Shown here in pieces: positions 39,856-49,114 of a stretch of 55,161 bases of DNA. A model generated the notes under the pieces. It worked only from the letters and a program-made list of their open reading frames with translations, was not told where the DNA came from and did no database searches. Position 1 is the stretch's first letter. The number at the start of each line of letters is the position of its first letter. Both the position numbers and the translations under genes were made by a program. The stretch is from a virus (taxonomy: Duplodnaviria; Caudoviricetes). The DNA lies in the IMG/VR virus record IMGVR_UViG_3300025120_000065, positions 1 to 55,161 of that record; one strand, given 5' to 3'.

Positions 39856-39924
39856 TATATTTTCCTTACTGGGGCCACCGTAGCCATGTTGGATGGGGGA
39901 TGAGTAGCCAGCGTATCTAGCAAT

Positions 39925-40128
39925 TTAACGTGTTGCTAGTCCACGTTTTTTAACAACTGGTTTTTTAGCTTTACCTAAATTAACATTAGTCATTATTTCT
40001 GGGCCAAGCACTTTGCCAAGTACACGGCCGTGTGATGTACCCATTAAACTACGGATAGCATCTTTATCATCTTCTTGTAGGCCATTAAAACGATTAGCTA
40101 CAAGTTGAGTGTACTCTGAAAATTCCAT
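39925..40128 (-). CDS. Small protein ending KKRGLATR
   Basis: AGGA RBS; operon packing. Confidence 0.7.
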   Translation of the reverse strand: MEFSEYTQLVANRFNGLQEDDKDAIRSLMGTSHGRVLGKVLGPEIMTNVNLGKAKKPVVKKRGLATR

Positions 40129-40129
40129 A

Positions 40130-42613
40130 TTATATTCCTGTAATTGTTCTAAACTTACCTACTGTATATACTAAAGGTTCTAATATAGATCTGTATATAC
40201 GCCCTAAAGTATCTCGTTTTTTATTTTGCATAGAAGCTCTAATATCTGCAGTACGATGACGTGCAATGTGCTCTAGTGCTTTACGTATAATTTTATTATT
40301 TTTATTATATGCTAAGTCTACTAAAGGTAAAAACAATGTATGATAACCTAGCTCATGTTCTTTTGTCAAGTGATCTTTAGAATAAGATAACCAAATAGCC
40401 TGACGATACGAACCAAACCCATAAGAGTTATTCATAGCTGTACACACAATTTTATTGTCTGATGCTTCATTTGCAGCATCTGTGTTAGAAGTATCTCCTG
40501 AAGCAGCTTCGTTAGCACGTCTATTTGCAGTAGCAGTATAGTGTCCTACTAATGCAGGATTAGCGTTTAGTGATTCTTTTTCAACCTTAGATAAATGGTT
40601 AGTAATGTTAGAACTTGTATTAGGATTACTTGAATCTAAACGTGTAGATTTTTCATCTCGTACAGGCGCTGGTTTAGGTGCAGGTTTAGGTGCAGGTCTA
40701 GATTTAGGTCGTATAGAAGTAGTAGGTGCAGATGTTTTTGTAGACGCCGTAGGAGTAGATGTCCTACCTGCTTCACCCATATCCATAGTTGCATAAGAAG
40801 GTGCTGGTGCGGGTGCTGCTTTAGCTACATTAGTAGGTACGTAACCTCTATCTGTAGCTACCTTACTAGCGGGTTTAACTGTTGCTGCTTGAGCTTGCTC
40901 TACCTCATCTCTAGTGACTGTACCATCGGCAGTTACAAAAGTATCAAATACAGTTGAAGGTGTTGGTGTTGTTGTCCTACCTGCTTCACCCATATCCATA
41001 GTTGCGTATGTAGGTGCAGGTGTTGGTGTAGAAGGTGTAGTAAATAATGGAGCATCATCATAACCAGTTACTACTGGTGCACTTGGCGGTACAACGGGCG
41101 GCATTAAACTTTGCATCTGATCATCTGTATCACCATATCTTAGTTTATACGCATCGGTTTGTTGTATATCTTCTGCTATTAAACTAGGGGCTTGTTGAGT
41201 TAGTGCCTCACCAAAAGAACTAGCACCTACAGGTGTTGTAGGTTGAGGTGCAGGAGTAGTTACAGGTGTAGGTGCAGGATACTGAAAAGGCACACCCGCT
41301 GATTCTAGTAAACGAGGATCTGCTTTAACTTCATCGTAACTACTTACTGGTGGTACAGGTAAACTTGGAGTAAACATTAGTTCATCTACTAAAGGAGTAC
41401 CAAAACCACCTTCTTGAGTTACAGTAGGTTCAGATACAGGAGCAGGTGTAGCAGTATCTTTAGCTACATCAGGAGTAAAAGCAGCAGGAGTTTGTTCAAC
41501 TATACTATCTTCTAGTTCAGTTACTTTACTAGCAGTATTAACTGCTGTTTCTTTTTGTTCATTTGATAAATTAAATAAGTCAGATACTGTAGTAGTTAAA
41601 CTAGACAAAGCAGAACTTATACCTGTATTTTTTTCTGTTAAATCTTTTTTAATAGCCTCTAATGCAGCTACCTGACCTGCCATAACTGTTTTTCTAGCTT
41701 GTGCAATTTTGGCATCAATATCTTTTAGTATAACTTTTTTGTCTCTAGAAGCGCCATACATTACTAGTGGTCCTAAACCAAATGCAGCAGCTACACCTGT
41801 TACAACCGTAGATGTTCCATTTGTATATTTAGTAGCCTCATCAATCCACATCTGTAAAGCCTTGCCATCTTTACCTGATGTATCCATATCCCAACTGCCA
41901 GCTTTTTGAAAAGCACTTTGAGGTACTGGTGCAGGTCCGTCATTGTCTCTATCATTACCAGTAGCTCTATTAATAGCTGTAGACACTTCAGTAGCAATAG
42001 CATCAGCCTGATTTTGAGGATCGGCAGTGTCTGTGCTTGCATCATACAAAGTATAACCAGAAGGAATTGGGTATATAGGATTACCTCCCACAAAAGGAAT
42101 CAAAAGACTTGCTCCTTGAGCATTGCGATACTGCTTAAACTCTACAGCATTCTTGCCCATAAGCTGTTTAAAACTTACTTGTTTTCTTTCAGGTTGTTGT
42201 ACTTCGGGTGTAAGTCTACGAGGTGCAGCAGTTTGTTCAATACCATCTACAACCGCCCCACCCTCTGCCATTTCTTTAGGTGCTTCACCAGCTACAATAA
42301 CAAGATCAGGTGCATCCATAGGCATATCGTCAGGTACGGTAGCTTCATCACTATTTCCCATTTGACCCATATCTTCCATACGTTTTAATCCTACTTTTGC
42401 CTTTTGTCGTAGCTGCATAAGTTTATCTAGGCCAATGTATCTTACCACATCTTCAGGAAAAACAAACTCTCCCTCACTTACCATTGCAGGTATATCATCA
42501 CGAACACCTTTACGTGTTCCACCAACAGGAACTTCATTACCAGATTCTTCATCTACCATGCCGCCCTCATCTTTAAGACCGCCATCTTTAAAAAGTTCCA
42601 TTTGATCTTTCAT
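40130..42613 (-). CDS. Multidomain late protein: N-terminal DDIPAMVSEGEFV domain, P/T/A-rich linker, C-terminal KIVCTAM domain
   Basis: Motifs read from the translation; lies between portal and scaffold. Confidence 0.75.
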   Translation of the reverse strand: MKDQMELFKDGGLKDEGGMVDEESGNEVPVGGTRKGVRDDIPAMVSEGEFVFPEDVVRYIGLDKLMQLRQKAKVGLKRMEDMGQMGNSDEATVPDDMPMDAPDLVIVAGEAPKEMAEGGAVVDGIEQTAAPRRLTPEVQQPERKQVSFKQLMGKNAVEFKQYRNAQGASLLIPFVGGNPIYPIPSGYTLYDASTDTADPQNQADAIATEVSTAINRATGNDRDNDGPAPVPQSAFQKAGSWDMDTSGKDGKALQMWIDEATKYTNGTSTVVTGVAAAFGLGPLVMYGASRDKKVILKDIDAKIAQARKTVMAGQVAALEAIKKDLTEKNTGISSALSSLTTTVSDLFNLSNEQKETAVNTASKVTELEDSIVEQTPAAFTPDVAKDTATPAPVSEPTVTQEGGFGTPLVDELMFTPSLPVPPVSSYDEVKADPRLLESAGVPFQYPAPTPVTTPAPQPTTPVGASSFGEALTQQAPSLIAEDIQQTDAYKLRYGDTDDQMQSLMPPVVPPSAPVVTGYDDAPLFTTPSTPTPAPTYATMDMGEAGRTTTPTPSTVFDTFVTADGTVTRDEVEQAQAATVKPASKVATDRGYVPTNVAKAAPAPAPSYATMDMGEAGRTSTPTASTKTSAPTTSIRPKSRPAPKPAPKPAPVRDEKSTRLDSSNPNTSSNITNHLSKVEKESLNANPALVGHYTATANRRANEAASGDTSNTDAANEASDNKIVCTAMNNSYGFGSYRQAIWLSYSKDHLTKEHELGYHTLFLPLVDLAYNKNNKIIRKALEHIARHRTADIRASMQNKKRDTLGRIYRSILEPLVYTVGKFRTITGI
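40760..41005 (-). repeat. 33-bp exact repeat (40760-40792, 40973-41005) encoding ATMDMGEAGRT
   Basis: Direct comparison. Confidence 0.85.
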
Positions 42614-42819
42614 GATTTTAATACCTCATCTCGTAATAGTTTTAATCTACGTAACTGATATATAGCGCCCTGTGACCTATACATAACTTTATCATTATCT
42701 GTTTGTTCCATAGAACGATGTTGCTGTGCTATTAGTTCGTCTAAGTAATTACTGAACTGTTCCCACTGCTGGTGGTTGTTGACCAGCCCCTTGAGCTTGT
42801 TGAGGTGCTCCTTGTTCAT
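42610..42819 (-). CDS. Small portal-adjacent protein
   Basis: YRSQGAI..LRRL motif; overlaps the portal C-terminus. Confidence 0.7.
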   Translation of the reverse strand: MNKEHLNKLKGLVNNHQQWEQFSNYLDELIAQQHRSMEQTDNDKVMYRSQGAIYQLRRLKLLRDEVLKS

Positions 42820-44875
42820 TGCCACTGAATCCTTGTTCTTGAGGGGTTGGTGCTTGGCCTGTACCTATTGTACCGCCACCTGCACCCGTTGGATCTGCTG
42901 GATTAACACCCGCTGGTGCTGGCTGTTCTTGCTGAAAGCCTTTCATTAGCTCTGCTTGAATAGCCGCTTCATCCATGTTGTTAGTTACTTTATCTGGATC
43001 TAACTCTAAAGACTTTGCAATCTCACGAATAATGTACTGAAACTTAGCAAAAGGTGCAAGCGCAGGACTAGACGATATTTGCATAAACTGCATAAGGCGT
43101 TGACTGCGTACCTCATTAGCCATAAGACTTTCAGTACCACGTGCCTTAACCTCTAGATCACCTTTGATTGTTGGATCAAAGTCAAACTGCATATTAAATC
43201 TAAATAGACCTTCGCCTAGTGGACGCAGTAAGTAATCATCTACGTTTTTAATTACATTCTTTATACCGCCTTGTGCGGCACCCATAAGCATAGAAATGCC
43301 AGAAGCAGTACGACCCACACCACTAACCCCTGTTTGACCATGAGCGAAAGATGGAAATCCAGTTGACTCATCTGCTAATACCCTTGCTTTATCAAATAGC
43401 TGCAAGTTTTCTGCAGCAACATTAGGAAACTTTGTTCCAAAGATAGCTTGCCCCGGTGCTCCACCCTGACGCCTAAACACTTTGCCGGGATACACAGATA
43501 AGTCTTGACCCGGTACTAAGTTAGTTTCATCAACCTCAATTAAAAGATTACCAGATAATACAGCATTGTCAACAGCCATTCGCATAAACCCATTCATTAA
43601 GGTTTGCGTATCATCCATATTTTCTGCAATACCTACACCAAAGAATGAGTAGGGGTTAAGCTCATATGGTGCAGCCATGTAAGGAATCTTGGCAGGTTTA
43701 AATGGGTTAAGTACCATGCGAAGTAGTTTACCGTTACAAATCCAAACGTTAGCTTGTAACTCTTCTACCTCTGTTAGTTCTTGTGGAATATCTACGCCTT
43801 GTTCCTCTAGCATATCGGTATCTACCATACCCCAATACTCAAGAACTTCATAACGCTCTACACCATGCTCTGGTGCATAGTCAGCTAAATCGTCTTCCCA
43901 CGATTCTTTATTATAGTTTTCTCCAAGCTGTACTGCTTCTTCAATTACATTGGAACGAAAGTGTGGTCTACGTTTTAGGTTACGTAGTTGAGTACGTGAC
44001 ATTTTATGGCGCTCAATAACAAACTGAGCTTCTTCCATATTATTAGCATCAGGATCAGGATAAAAGTTCCACACAGATACATGGGATACTTGAGGTATTG
44101 TTTTCATCATAGGAGAATACTCTCCATCGTCACCCCAGTTAGGATACTCTTTATCTACAGCAAACGGGCCTTTCATAATACCCGTACCAAATAATGCCAT
44201 TTCAAATGCAGTACTACGCAAATGTTTACTGGCACTAGACTCTTCTAACTGATCGTGTATTTTCTTTTGCATCATCTTAGCCGCAACCATTGCTGGGCTA
44301 AATGTAATTGCTGTAGGAGTTTTGCCTACACCTTCACGTACACCATCTATGCCTTCTAGTTTATCTTTAAGTGGTCCTAGACTTTCTAAAAGAGTTTTAG
44401 AGGTAGCACCTGCAGGTAGTTCTTTGCCATCTCCCCTAAAGCCATATGGACTTACAGGCTCATTTAATCCAGACTCACGTAACTGTTCAGGCTCTTTAGG
44501 ATCAAAGTTTACATCTGCAACTACGCCATCAGGTAGTTCTGTAGGATCTACAGTAAGCGGAAACTTTTGCCCTGCAAATAATACATCTACAATCTGACCA
44601 TATGCAGCTAGTGTTTTTGTTTTAGTTACTTTAATAAATACTCTAGACTTTTCTGCTTCAGTAAACTGTACGTCTGGGCTATACAAACCCCGATAGTTAC
44701 GGTACGCACGTAACCAACGATCCTCATCCTGCTGACGGTAGTCATCTGCACGATTATACTTTTCCATAATAAAAGGAATAATTTTAGAAGTGTCTGCATC
44801 ATCAATAGTTGAGTCATCACTATCTTCTAGAATAATGGCATCGTCTTCAATAAAACCTTCTGTATCTTCTTCCAT
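42749..44875 (-). CDS. Portal protein
   Basis: 708 aa directly after terminase; ALFGTG, NFYPDP, FFGVG, RTASG. Confidence 0.85.
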   Translation of the reverse strand: MEEDTEGFIEDDAIILEDSDDSTIDDADTSKIIPFIMEKYNRADDYRQQDEDRWLRAYRNYRGLYSPDVQFTEAEKSRVFIKVTKTKTLAAYGQIVDVLFAGQKFPLTVDPTELPDGVVADVNFDPKEPEQLRESGLNEPVSPYGFRGDGKELPAGATSKTLLESLGPLKDKLEGIDGVREGVGKTPTAITFSPAMVAAKMMQKKIHDQLEESSASKHLRSTAFEMALFGTGIMKGPFAVDKEYPNWGDDGEYSPMMKTIPQVSHVSVWNFYPDPDANNMEEAQFVIERHKMSRTQLRNLKRRPHFRSNVIEEAVQLGENYNKESWEDDLADYAPEHGVERYEVLEYWGMVDTDMLEEQGVDIPQELTEVEELQANVWICNGKLLRMVLNPFKPAKIPYMAAPYELNPYSFFGVGIAENMDDTQTLMNGFMRMAVDNAVLSGNLLIEVDETNLVPGQDLSVYPGKVFRRQGGAPGQAIFGTKFPNVAAENLQLFDKARVLADESTGFPSFAHGQTGVSGVGRTASGISMLMGAAQGGIKNVIKNVDDYLLRPLGEGLFRFNMQFDFDPTIKGDLEVKARGTESLMANEVRSQRLMQFMQISSSPALAPFAKFQYIIREIAKSLELDPDKVTNNMDEAAIQAELMKGFQQEQPAPAGVNPADPTGAGGGTIGTGQAPTPQEQGFSGNEQGAPQQAQGAGQQPPAVGTVQ

Positions 44876-44892
44876 TTATATTTCCATTGCTG

Positions 44893-46476
44893 TTAATAAC
44901 CAAAGGTAGCATCTGCTACTCGCATACCACCTTGTGGTCTTCCATTTGGATCGTAGTCAAATATACTAAACCTTGGTCTGGACATAATACCATATCGCAA
45001 AGCATCGTACAAGTGATCTTCGGAGGTAGTGTCAATATCTTCTGGGTTTCTTTTGTCGATGGGTAAGGCTGGTAGTTGGGCAACCATATTAGTACAATTA
45101 TTAAAAAACACCATACGAGGCTCTTCCGTAAACTCATCTACCTGTAGCCGCCTATGTACTTCATTCTTACCAGCTACACGTGAGCCTTTAGATCTATCAG
45201 ATGGACGCCACCTACATCCACGATGAATCATTTGTTCAGCCAGTGATGGCCCAGTATCGCCACGCTTATGCCATAAAGAGCTATCAAGAACCCCATACTT
45301 AATATTTCCATCTTCAGCCTCTAAATCTAATACCATATCCGCTAAGTCTGCAGCTAGTACTTTACCTACGTATAGTTCTCTGTATACAATTAATTGTTCA
45401 TTAGGAGATACTGCAAACCAAACTACTCCCGACTTACTTCCATACCCATAGTCACATGCTCTAAACTTTACCCAGTTACTTGGTATACGAAAGGGTTCAA
45501 CTACATGTATGTTTCTGTCAAACTCTGTAAAGGCTGCACCCTCTTTAATATCCCAATCACCATCTAGTAATTGCCTACGTTGTTGTTCAGGTAAAGACAG
45601 AAGCATTGCCTCGTAGTCACCTTGTGCAGCTAAGTAAGGATTATCGGAAAGACGGGCAGGTATAAACTTACGTTTGAATAAAGGTTTACCAGCTTTCTCA
45701 TGTCCAGCAGGATAACGTAATACTTCAGTTGTTTCAATGTCTGTTGCATCAAACGCTTTATTATGCGGAGCAGGATCAATAAACATTTTTTTAACCCAAT
45801 GATGACCTCTACCTCCGGGGTTAGTAGTAGCTCTCATATATACAGGCAAGTCATTTGCTGTAGATCTCAAGCGACTCCTCATGTAGTTCCAAGCAAATGG
45901 AGTAGGCCACTGAGTAAGTTCGTCAAAGCCTATCCAACTAAATGCCAAACCTTGATAGCGTAGTACGTCATCTTCTTTATCTAAGTAAGACATCCACAGT
46001 CTAGCACCCGATGGTGCAGTCCATTGCATCTTACGTTCAGACCACTTAATACCGGGCCAGATCTTAGGGTACATTTCCTGTGACTTAAAGATAAGTTCTC
46101 TTAGTTCTTCTGTAGTATGTCGTAGGAGCAATCCTGAGAAGGCTGGATGGCCCATAAACCGTAATGGGTCAGCCAACATAGCGTATGACTTACCCCCACC
46201 TGCAGAGCCACCATATAGAACCTCACGCTCACCTGCCGCTAGAAAGTTTGTCTGCGGTCCAGCATTAGGTTTAAAGATAATGTTATGCTGCTCTTCTACA
46301 GGAGCAAGGTCATCTACTATTATCTTTGCTGGTTCAGGCTGCGTTTGTTTCTTGGTTGTCTTGCTCTTTCGCCCCGATGCGGTTGTTTTCAAGTTCTTCC
46401 GCTTTGGCGATTGCCTTTTTCGCATAGTCTGCCCATCTGCGTAGGCTTCCAGCTTTGTTTTTTCTTCGTCGCTCAT
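44893..46476 (-). CDS. terL: Terminase large subunit (start uncertain)
   Basis: YGGSAGGGKS Walker A, IGFDE Walker B, TTNPGG, DYGY, DHLYDALRY. Confidence 0.93.
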   Translation of the reverse strand: MSDEEKTKLEAYADGQTMRKRQSPKRKNLKTTASGRKSKTTKKQTQPEPAKIIVDDLAPVEEQHNIIFKPNAGPQTNFLAAGEREVLYGGSAGGGKSYAMLADPLRFMGHPAFSGLLLRHTTEELRELIFKSQEMYPKIWPGIKWSERKMQWTAPSGARLWMSYLDKEDDVLRYQGLAFSWIGFDELTQWPTPFAWNYMRSRLRSTANDLPVYMRATTNPGGRGHHWVKKMFIDPAPHNKAFDATDIETTEVLRYPAGHEKAGKPLFKRKFIPARLSDNPYLAAQGDYEAMLLSLPEQQRRQLLDGDWDIKEGAAFTEFDRNIHVVEPFRIPSNWVKFRACDYGYGSKSGVVWFAVSPNEQLIVYRELYVGKVLAADLADMVLDLEAEDGNIKYGVLDSSLWHKRGDTGPSLAEQMIHRGCRWRPSDRSKGSRVAGKNEVHRRLQVDEFTEEPRMVFFNNCTNMVAQLPALPIDKRNPEDIDTTSEDHLYDALRYGIMSRPRFSIFDYDPNGRPQGGMRVADATFGY

Positions 46477-46756
46477 TATCTAACCGTTTCTTTAATCCTA
46501 CATGAGATATAGTTCTGCCAGTGTTTCTAGTCAGCCAGTTGGCTACCTCACGATAAGAGTACTGCTTTAAGTACTTCTTGGCTTTTACAAGCATATCAAG
46601 TTCGTGTTCAATTGGCAAGAGGATTCCATTATCATCTGGATCTATTTCATATCCAAAGGGTACGGTACGTGCTACACGTGGAATAGGAACCCATTCGTTA
46701 TCTTCTTGTAGGTCTGTCGGTTGTGGTAGTTTCCATTGTCCTAATGGTTTAGTCAT
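46334..46756 (-). CDS. Putative DNA-binding protein (PFGY + HTH-like)
   Basis: VPFGYEI...SYREVANWL...ISHVGL. Confidence 0.6.
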   Translation of the reverse strand: MTKPLGQWKLPQPTDLQEDNEWVPIPRVARTVPFGYEIDPDDNGILLPIEHELDMLVKAKKYLKQYSYREVANWLTRNTGRTISHVGLKKRLDNERRRKNKAGSLRRWADYAKKAIAKAEELENNRIGAKEQDNQETNAA

Positions 46757-47123
46757 CGTCATCCTGTGTTTGCTTGGCTGGCATAAGCATTACACCACCT
46801 TTAGCTTCTACTTGCATCTTCTCAGTTTTAACTAAACCAGTACGATCAAGTAACTCTTTAGCTGCTGCCATCTTATCACGAATACCTAGCTCAGTAGGAT
46901 CGTATAGTGCACTAACCATAGCCATTGCCGCTTTGGGTACATTACGTGCTAAGTAGCTATGTGTTACGTCAATGATTTCTTCTTTAAGACTATTTGTAAT
47001 CTCAGTGTTAGAAGTATTCTCAGAGTACCCAGCAAGTTTCTTAGCCATAGTAACATCGCCACCTGCTTCATCCATAAGGACTGCAAGAAACTTTTGTTGG
47101 CGTTCTGTTAATTCTCTAGCCAT
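46749..47123 (-). CDS. Probable terminase small subunit
   Basis: LTERQQKFL, AKKLAGYS, AAAKELLDR. Confidence 0.65.
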   Translation of the reverse strand: MARELTERQQKFLAVLMDEAGGDVTMAKKLAGYSENTSNTEITNSLKEEIIDVTHSYLARNVPKAAMAMVSALYDPTELGIRDKMAAAKELLDRTGLVKTEKMQVEAKGGVMLMPAKQTQDDDD

Positions 47124-47575
47124 TACATCATCTCAAAATGTGGGGCATCAATAAATGGTCTACGGGATTGTGACCTACGGAGATCTACGTATGCATTCAT
47201 TGCATCTTCTGCAGTACCTGCATACTGTCGAATGTCTCCTTCACTCCATGCAGCACCCCATTTAATTGCTACATTATTCTTTCTAGCGGCTTCAGCCATA
47301 GCATCACAGATGTCATCATAGACATTAAGTTCCCAAGAAATGTCAGAACCAAAGTATGCGACTAGATCTACAGCACGACCCTCAAGATGCTTAGACTTCA
47401 TAGTCTGTGATCTACCAGATTCGTACAGCTTCTTTTGTTCTTCTAGTGTACGTAGTCCAAAGGTAACACCGAAGTCTACTTTAGTAATACCAATAGCATC
47501 TTTAACTACTGATACAATACCTTCATCTACGCCTTCTAGTTTCTTTAAACTTCTACTGCTTAATTTAAATGCCAT
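47123..47575 (-). CDS. Endolysin, peptidase M15 (L-Ala-D-Glu type)
   Basis: GLRT.EEQ, SKHLEGRAVD, WGAAW, DAPHFE. Confidence 0.9.
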   Translation of the reverse strand: MAFKLSSRSLKKLEGVDEGIVSVVKDAIGITKVDFGVTFGLRTLEEQKKLYESGRSQTMKSKHLEGRAVDLVAYFGSDISWELNVYDDICDAMAEAARKNNVAIKWGAAWSEGDIRQYAGTAEDAMNAYVDLRRSQSRRPFIDAPHFEMM

Positions 47576-47928
47576 TACTTTTTCCCAAAGAATTTACTTA
47601 CAGAACGAATACCGATGCTGGCACTTACAATACCGCCAAGGCTATACTGATACCACGCTGGCATAGTCTCTAGTGCAGCAAAGCCAGCTTGCACAATGTT
47701 ATTACCCCAATCTCCACAGAACGCTAAAATTAACGGAATAGAAAAAAGTAGAGTAATCCACTCATCTTTCCAGCTATTCTGTGTAGCTTGTATAGCAGCA
47801 AGATCCCAGTCTATCTCACCAGTAGCTTGCTTTACTTTAATCTCAGCATTAGCTTTCTGTACAGCTACTTTACCATCAAGGTATGTAGTTGCTAGTCCAC
47901 CTACTGCTCCTAAGATCTGACTAATCAT
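47575..47928 (-). CDS. Probable holin
   Basis: TM segments, SWKDEW, basic C-terminus; adjacent to the endolysin. Confidence 0.6.
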   Translation of the reverse strand: MISQILGAVGGLATTYLDGKVAVQKANAEIKVKQATGEIDWDLAAIQATQNSWKDEWITLLFSIPLILAFCGDWGNNIVQAGFAALETMPAWYQYSLGGIVSASIGIRSVSKFFGKK

Positions 47929-48131
47929 TTTTCGTTATTTAACCATACAGCAAAAGCACCCGTCATGGCACCAGTAACAGTTGCAGTAAGTGCTGTAGCT
48001 TGTGTACTTACTTCACCTTGCGGCAAAGACATAAACCATTCTATAACACGTATATACATAACAGTCATAACTAACATCATAAGGCGTGGCATAATTTTCC
48101 AAGCTAGTATTTTTTCCATAGCTAATGTCAT
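47925..48131 (-). CDS. Two-TM membrane protein
   Basis: Hydrophobic helices; ATGA overlap. Confidence 0.65.
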   Translation of the reverse strand: MTLAMEKILAWKIMPRLMMLVMTVMYIRVIEWFMSLPQGEVSTQATALTATVTGAMTGAFAVWLNNEK

Positions 48132-48377
48132 TTAAGTTCTCCTGAATCTAGCGGTCTTCTTTGCAATGCCTTTAGGTTGAGCCACATGCTGCTTACCTGC
48201 CTTCGTGCCTTGTCGTTTAGCTCTGGTTGTAGCTGCATACTCACTGCTGCTAAGAGACTTAATAGCCTTAGCAGGTAGATAACGCTCACCAGTCTTAGCA
48301 CTAGGCTTGCCACTTTTAGTTCGCCAATCTTGCTTAGTCCATTTAGTTAGACTTTTTTGAGACTTTGCTTTAGCCAT
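48132..48377 (-). CDS. Basic protein resembling the C-terminal half of DUF5872
   Basis: SLTKWTKQDWRT...ERYLP. Confidence 0.6.
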   Translation of the reverse strand: MAKAKSQKSLTKWTKQDWRTKSGKPSAKTGERYLPAKAIKSLSSSEYAATTRAKRQGTKAGKQHVAQPKGIAKKTARFRRT

Positions 48378-48378
48378 G

Positions 48379-48453
48379 TTAACAGCAGTCACATTCCTCG
48401 TGACACTTTTTATTAGTTAAAGCGCACCACAATCTTTTAAAATACCTTAACAT
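48379..48453 (-). CDS. 24-aa Cys-rich micro-ORF MLRYFKRLWCALTNKKCHEECDCC (not in ORF track)
   Basis: GGAGG upstream; TAATG overlap; stops 1 nt before the next ATG. Confidence 0.55.
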   Translation of the reverse strand: MLRYFKRLWCALTNKKCHEECDCC

Positions 48454-48635
48454 TATCTATAACCTCCACCCTTTGCTTTGTACTGTTTGGCTAACATCTG
48501 GGCTTTACGTGCAGACCATTGACCTGCACCTCCACCTTTAGATCCTGATTTTATGCGATTAAATAAATTTTTACGCATAGTAGGTTTAGTATAGTTACCT
48601 GCTTTATTAACCGTAGACTTTTTGCCTGACTTCAC
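48453..48635 (-). CDS. Basic protein resembling the N-terminal half of DUF5872 (GTG start)
   Basis: GQWSARKAQML..QYKAKGGGY. Confidence 0.6.
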   Translation of the reverse strand: MKSGKKSTVNKAGNYTKPTMRKNLFNRIKSGSKGGGAGQWSARKAQMLAKQYKAKGGGYR

Positions 48636-48747
48636 CTCTACTGATCCCCATGTCATGCAGTTCCTTATCACTTAGATTCATAAGAATCCAATAGTCGGCT
48701 CTGCGTTGCTGATTTTCTTGTATCTTTTTAAACATACGTTTAAACAT
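48607..48747 (-). CDS. 46-aa DUF1127 (YjiS-like) protein (not in ORF track)
   Basis: LMNLSDKELHDMGISRGEV matches L..LSD..L.DIG..R..; AGGAG RBS. Confidence 0.8.
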   Translation of the reverse strand: MFKRMFKKIQENQQRRADYWILMNLSDKELHDMGISRGEVRQKVYG

Positions 48748-48812
48748 ATTCTATCTCCTATATATGTAGGTAAGAGTTACTTACCCTTACAGAGATAGTT
48801 ATACCATACTTA

Positions 48813-48841
48813 GTTATAACACATAATAGTTAAGATTGCAA
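48813..48841 (-). promoter_or_regulatory. Putative promoter for the DUF1127 gene
   Basis: TTGCAA-N17-TATAAC; a second TGGTATAAC lies just downstream. Confidence 0.5.
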
Positions 48842-48862
48842 TCCCGTTATGCATTAAATGCC

Positions 48863-49114
48863 TTATGCAATAATAAAGTCTACAATCTGTCCATCTGGTG
48901 TACGTAGTTTATTTGGATTAGGATTGTATGCATACATCTGATTCACTAGCTTTAGATCTTCTACAGGTGTATCAGGTGTAATGCGATTAGGTTCTTCTAG
49001 TTTGTATTCTTCATTATTTCTTCTAGACCTATCCTTGTCTGCCTTCTCAAACACAATGTTATCATGTGTCTGAAAAGGAAAACTAGGTAAAGGAAAGTGA
49101 GAGATAAGTGTCAT
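48863..49114 (-). CDS. Hypothetical protein
   Basis: Operon packing. Confidence 0.65.
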   Translation of the reverse strand: MTLISHFPLPSFPFQTHDNIVFEKADKDRSRRNNEEYKLEEPNRITPDTPVEDLKLVNQMYAYNPNPNKLRTPDGQIVDFIIA

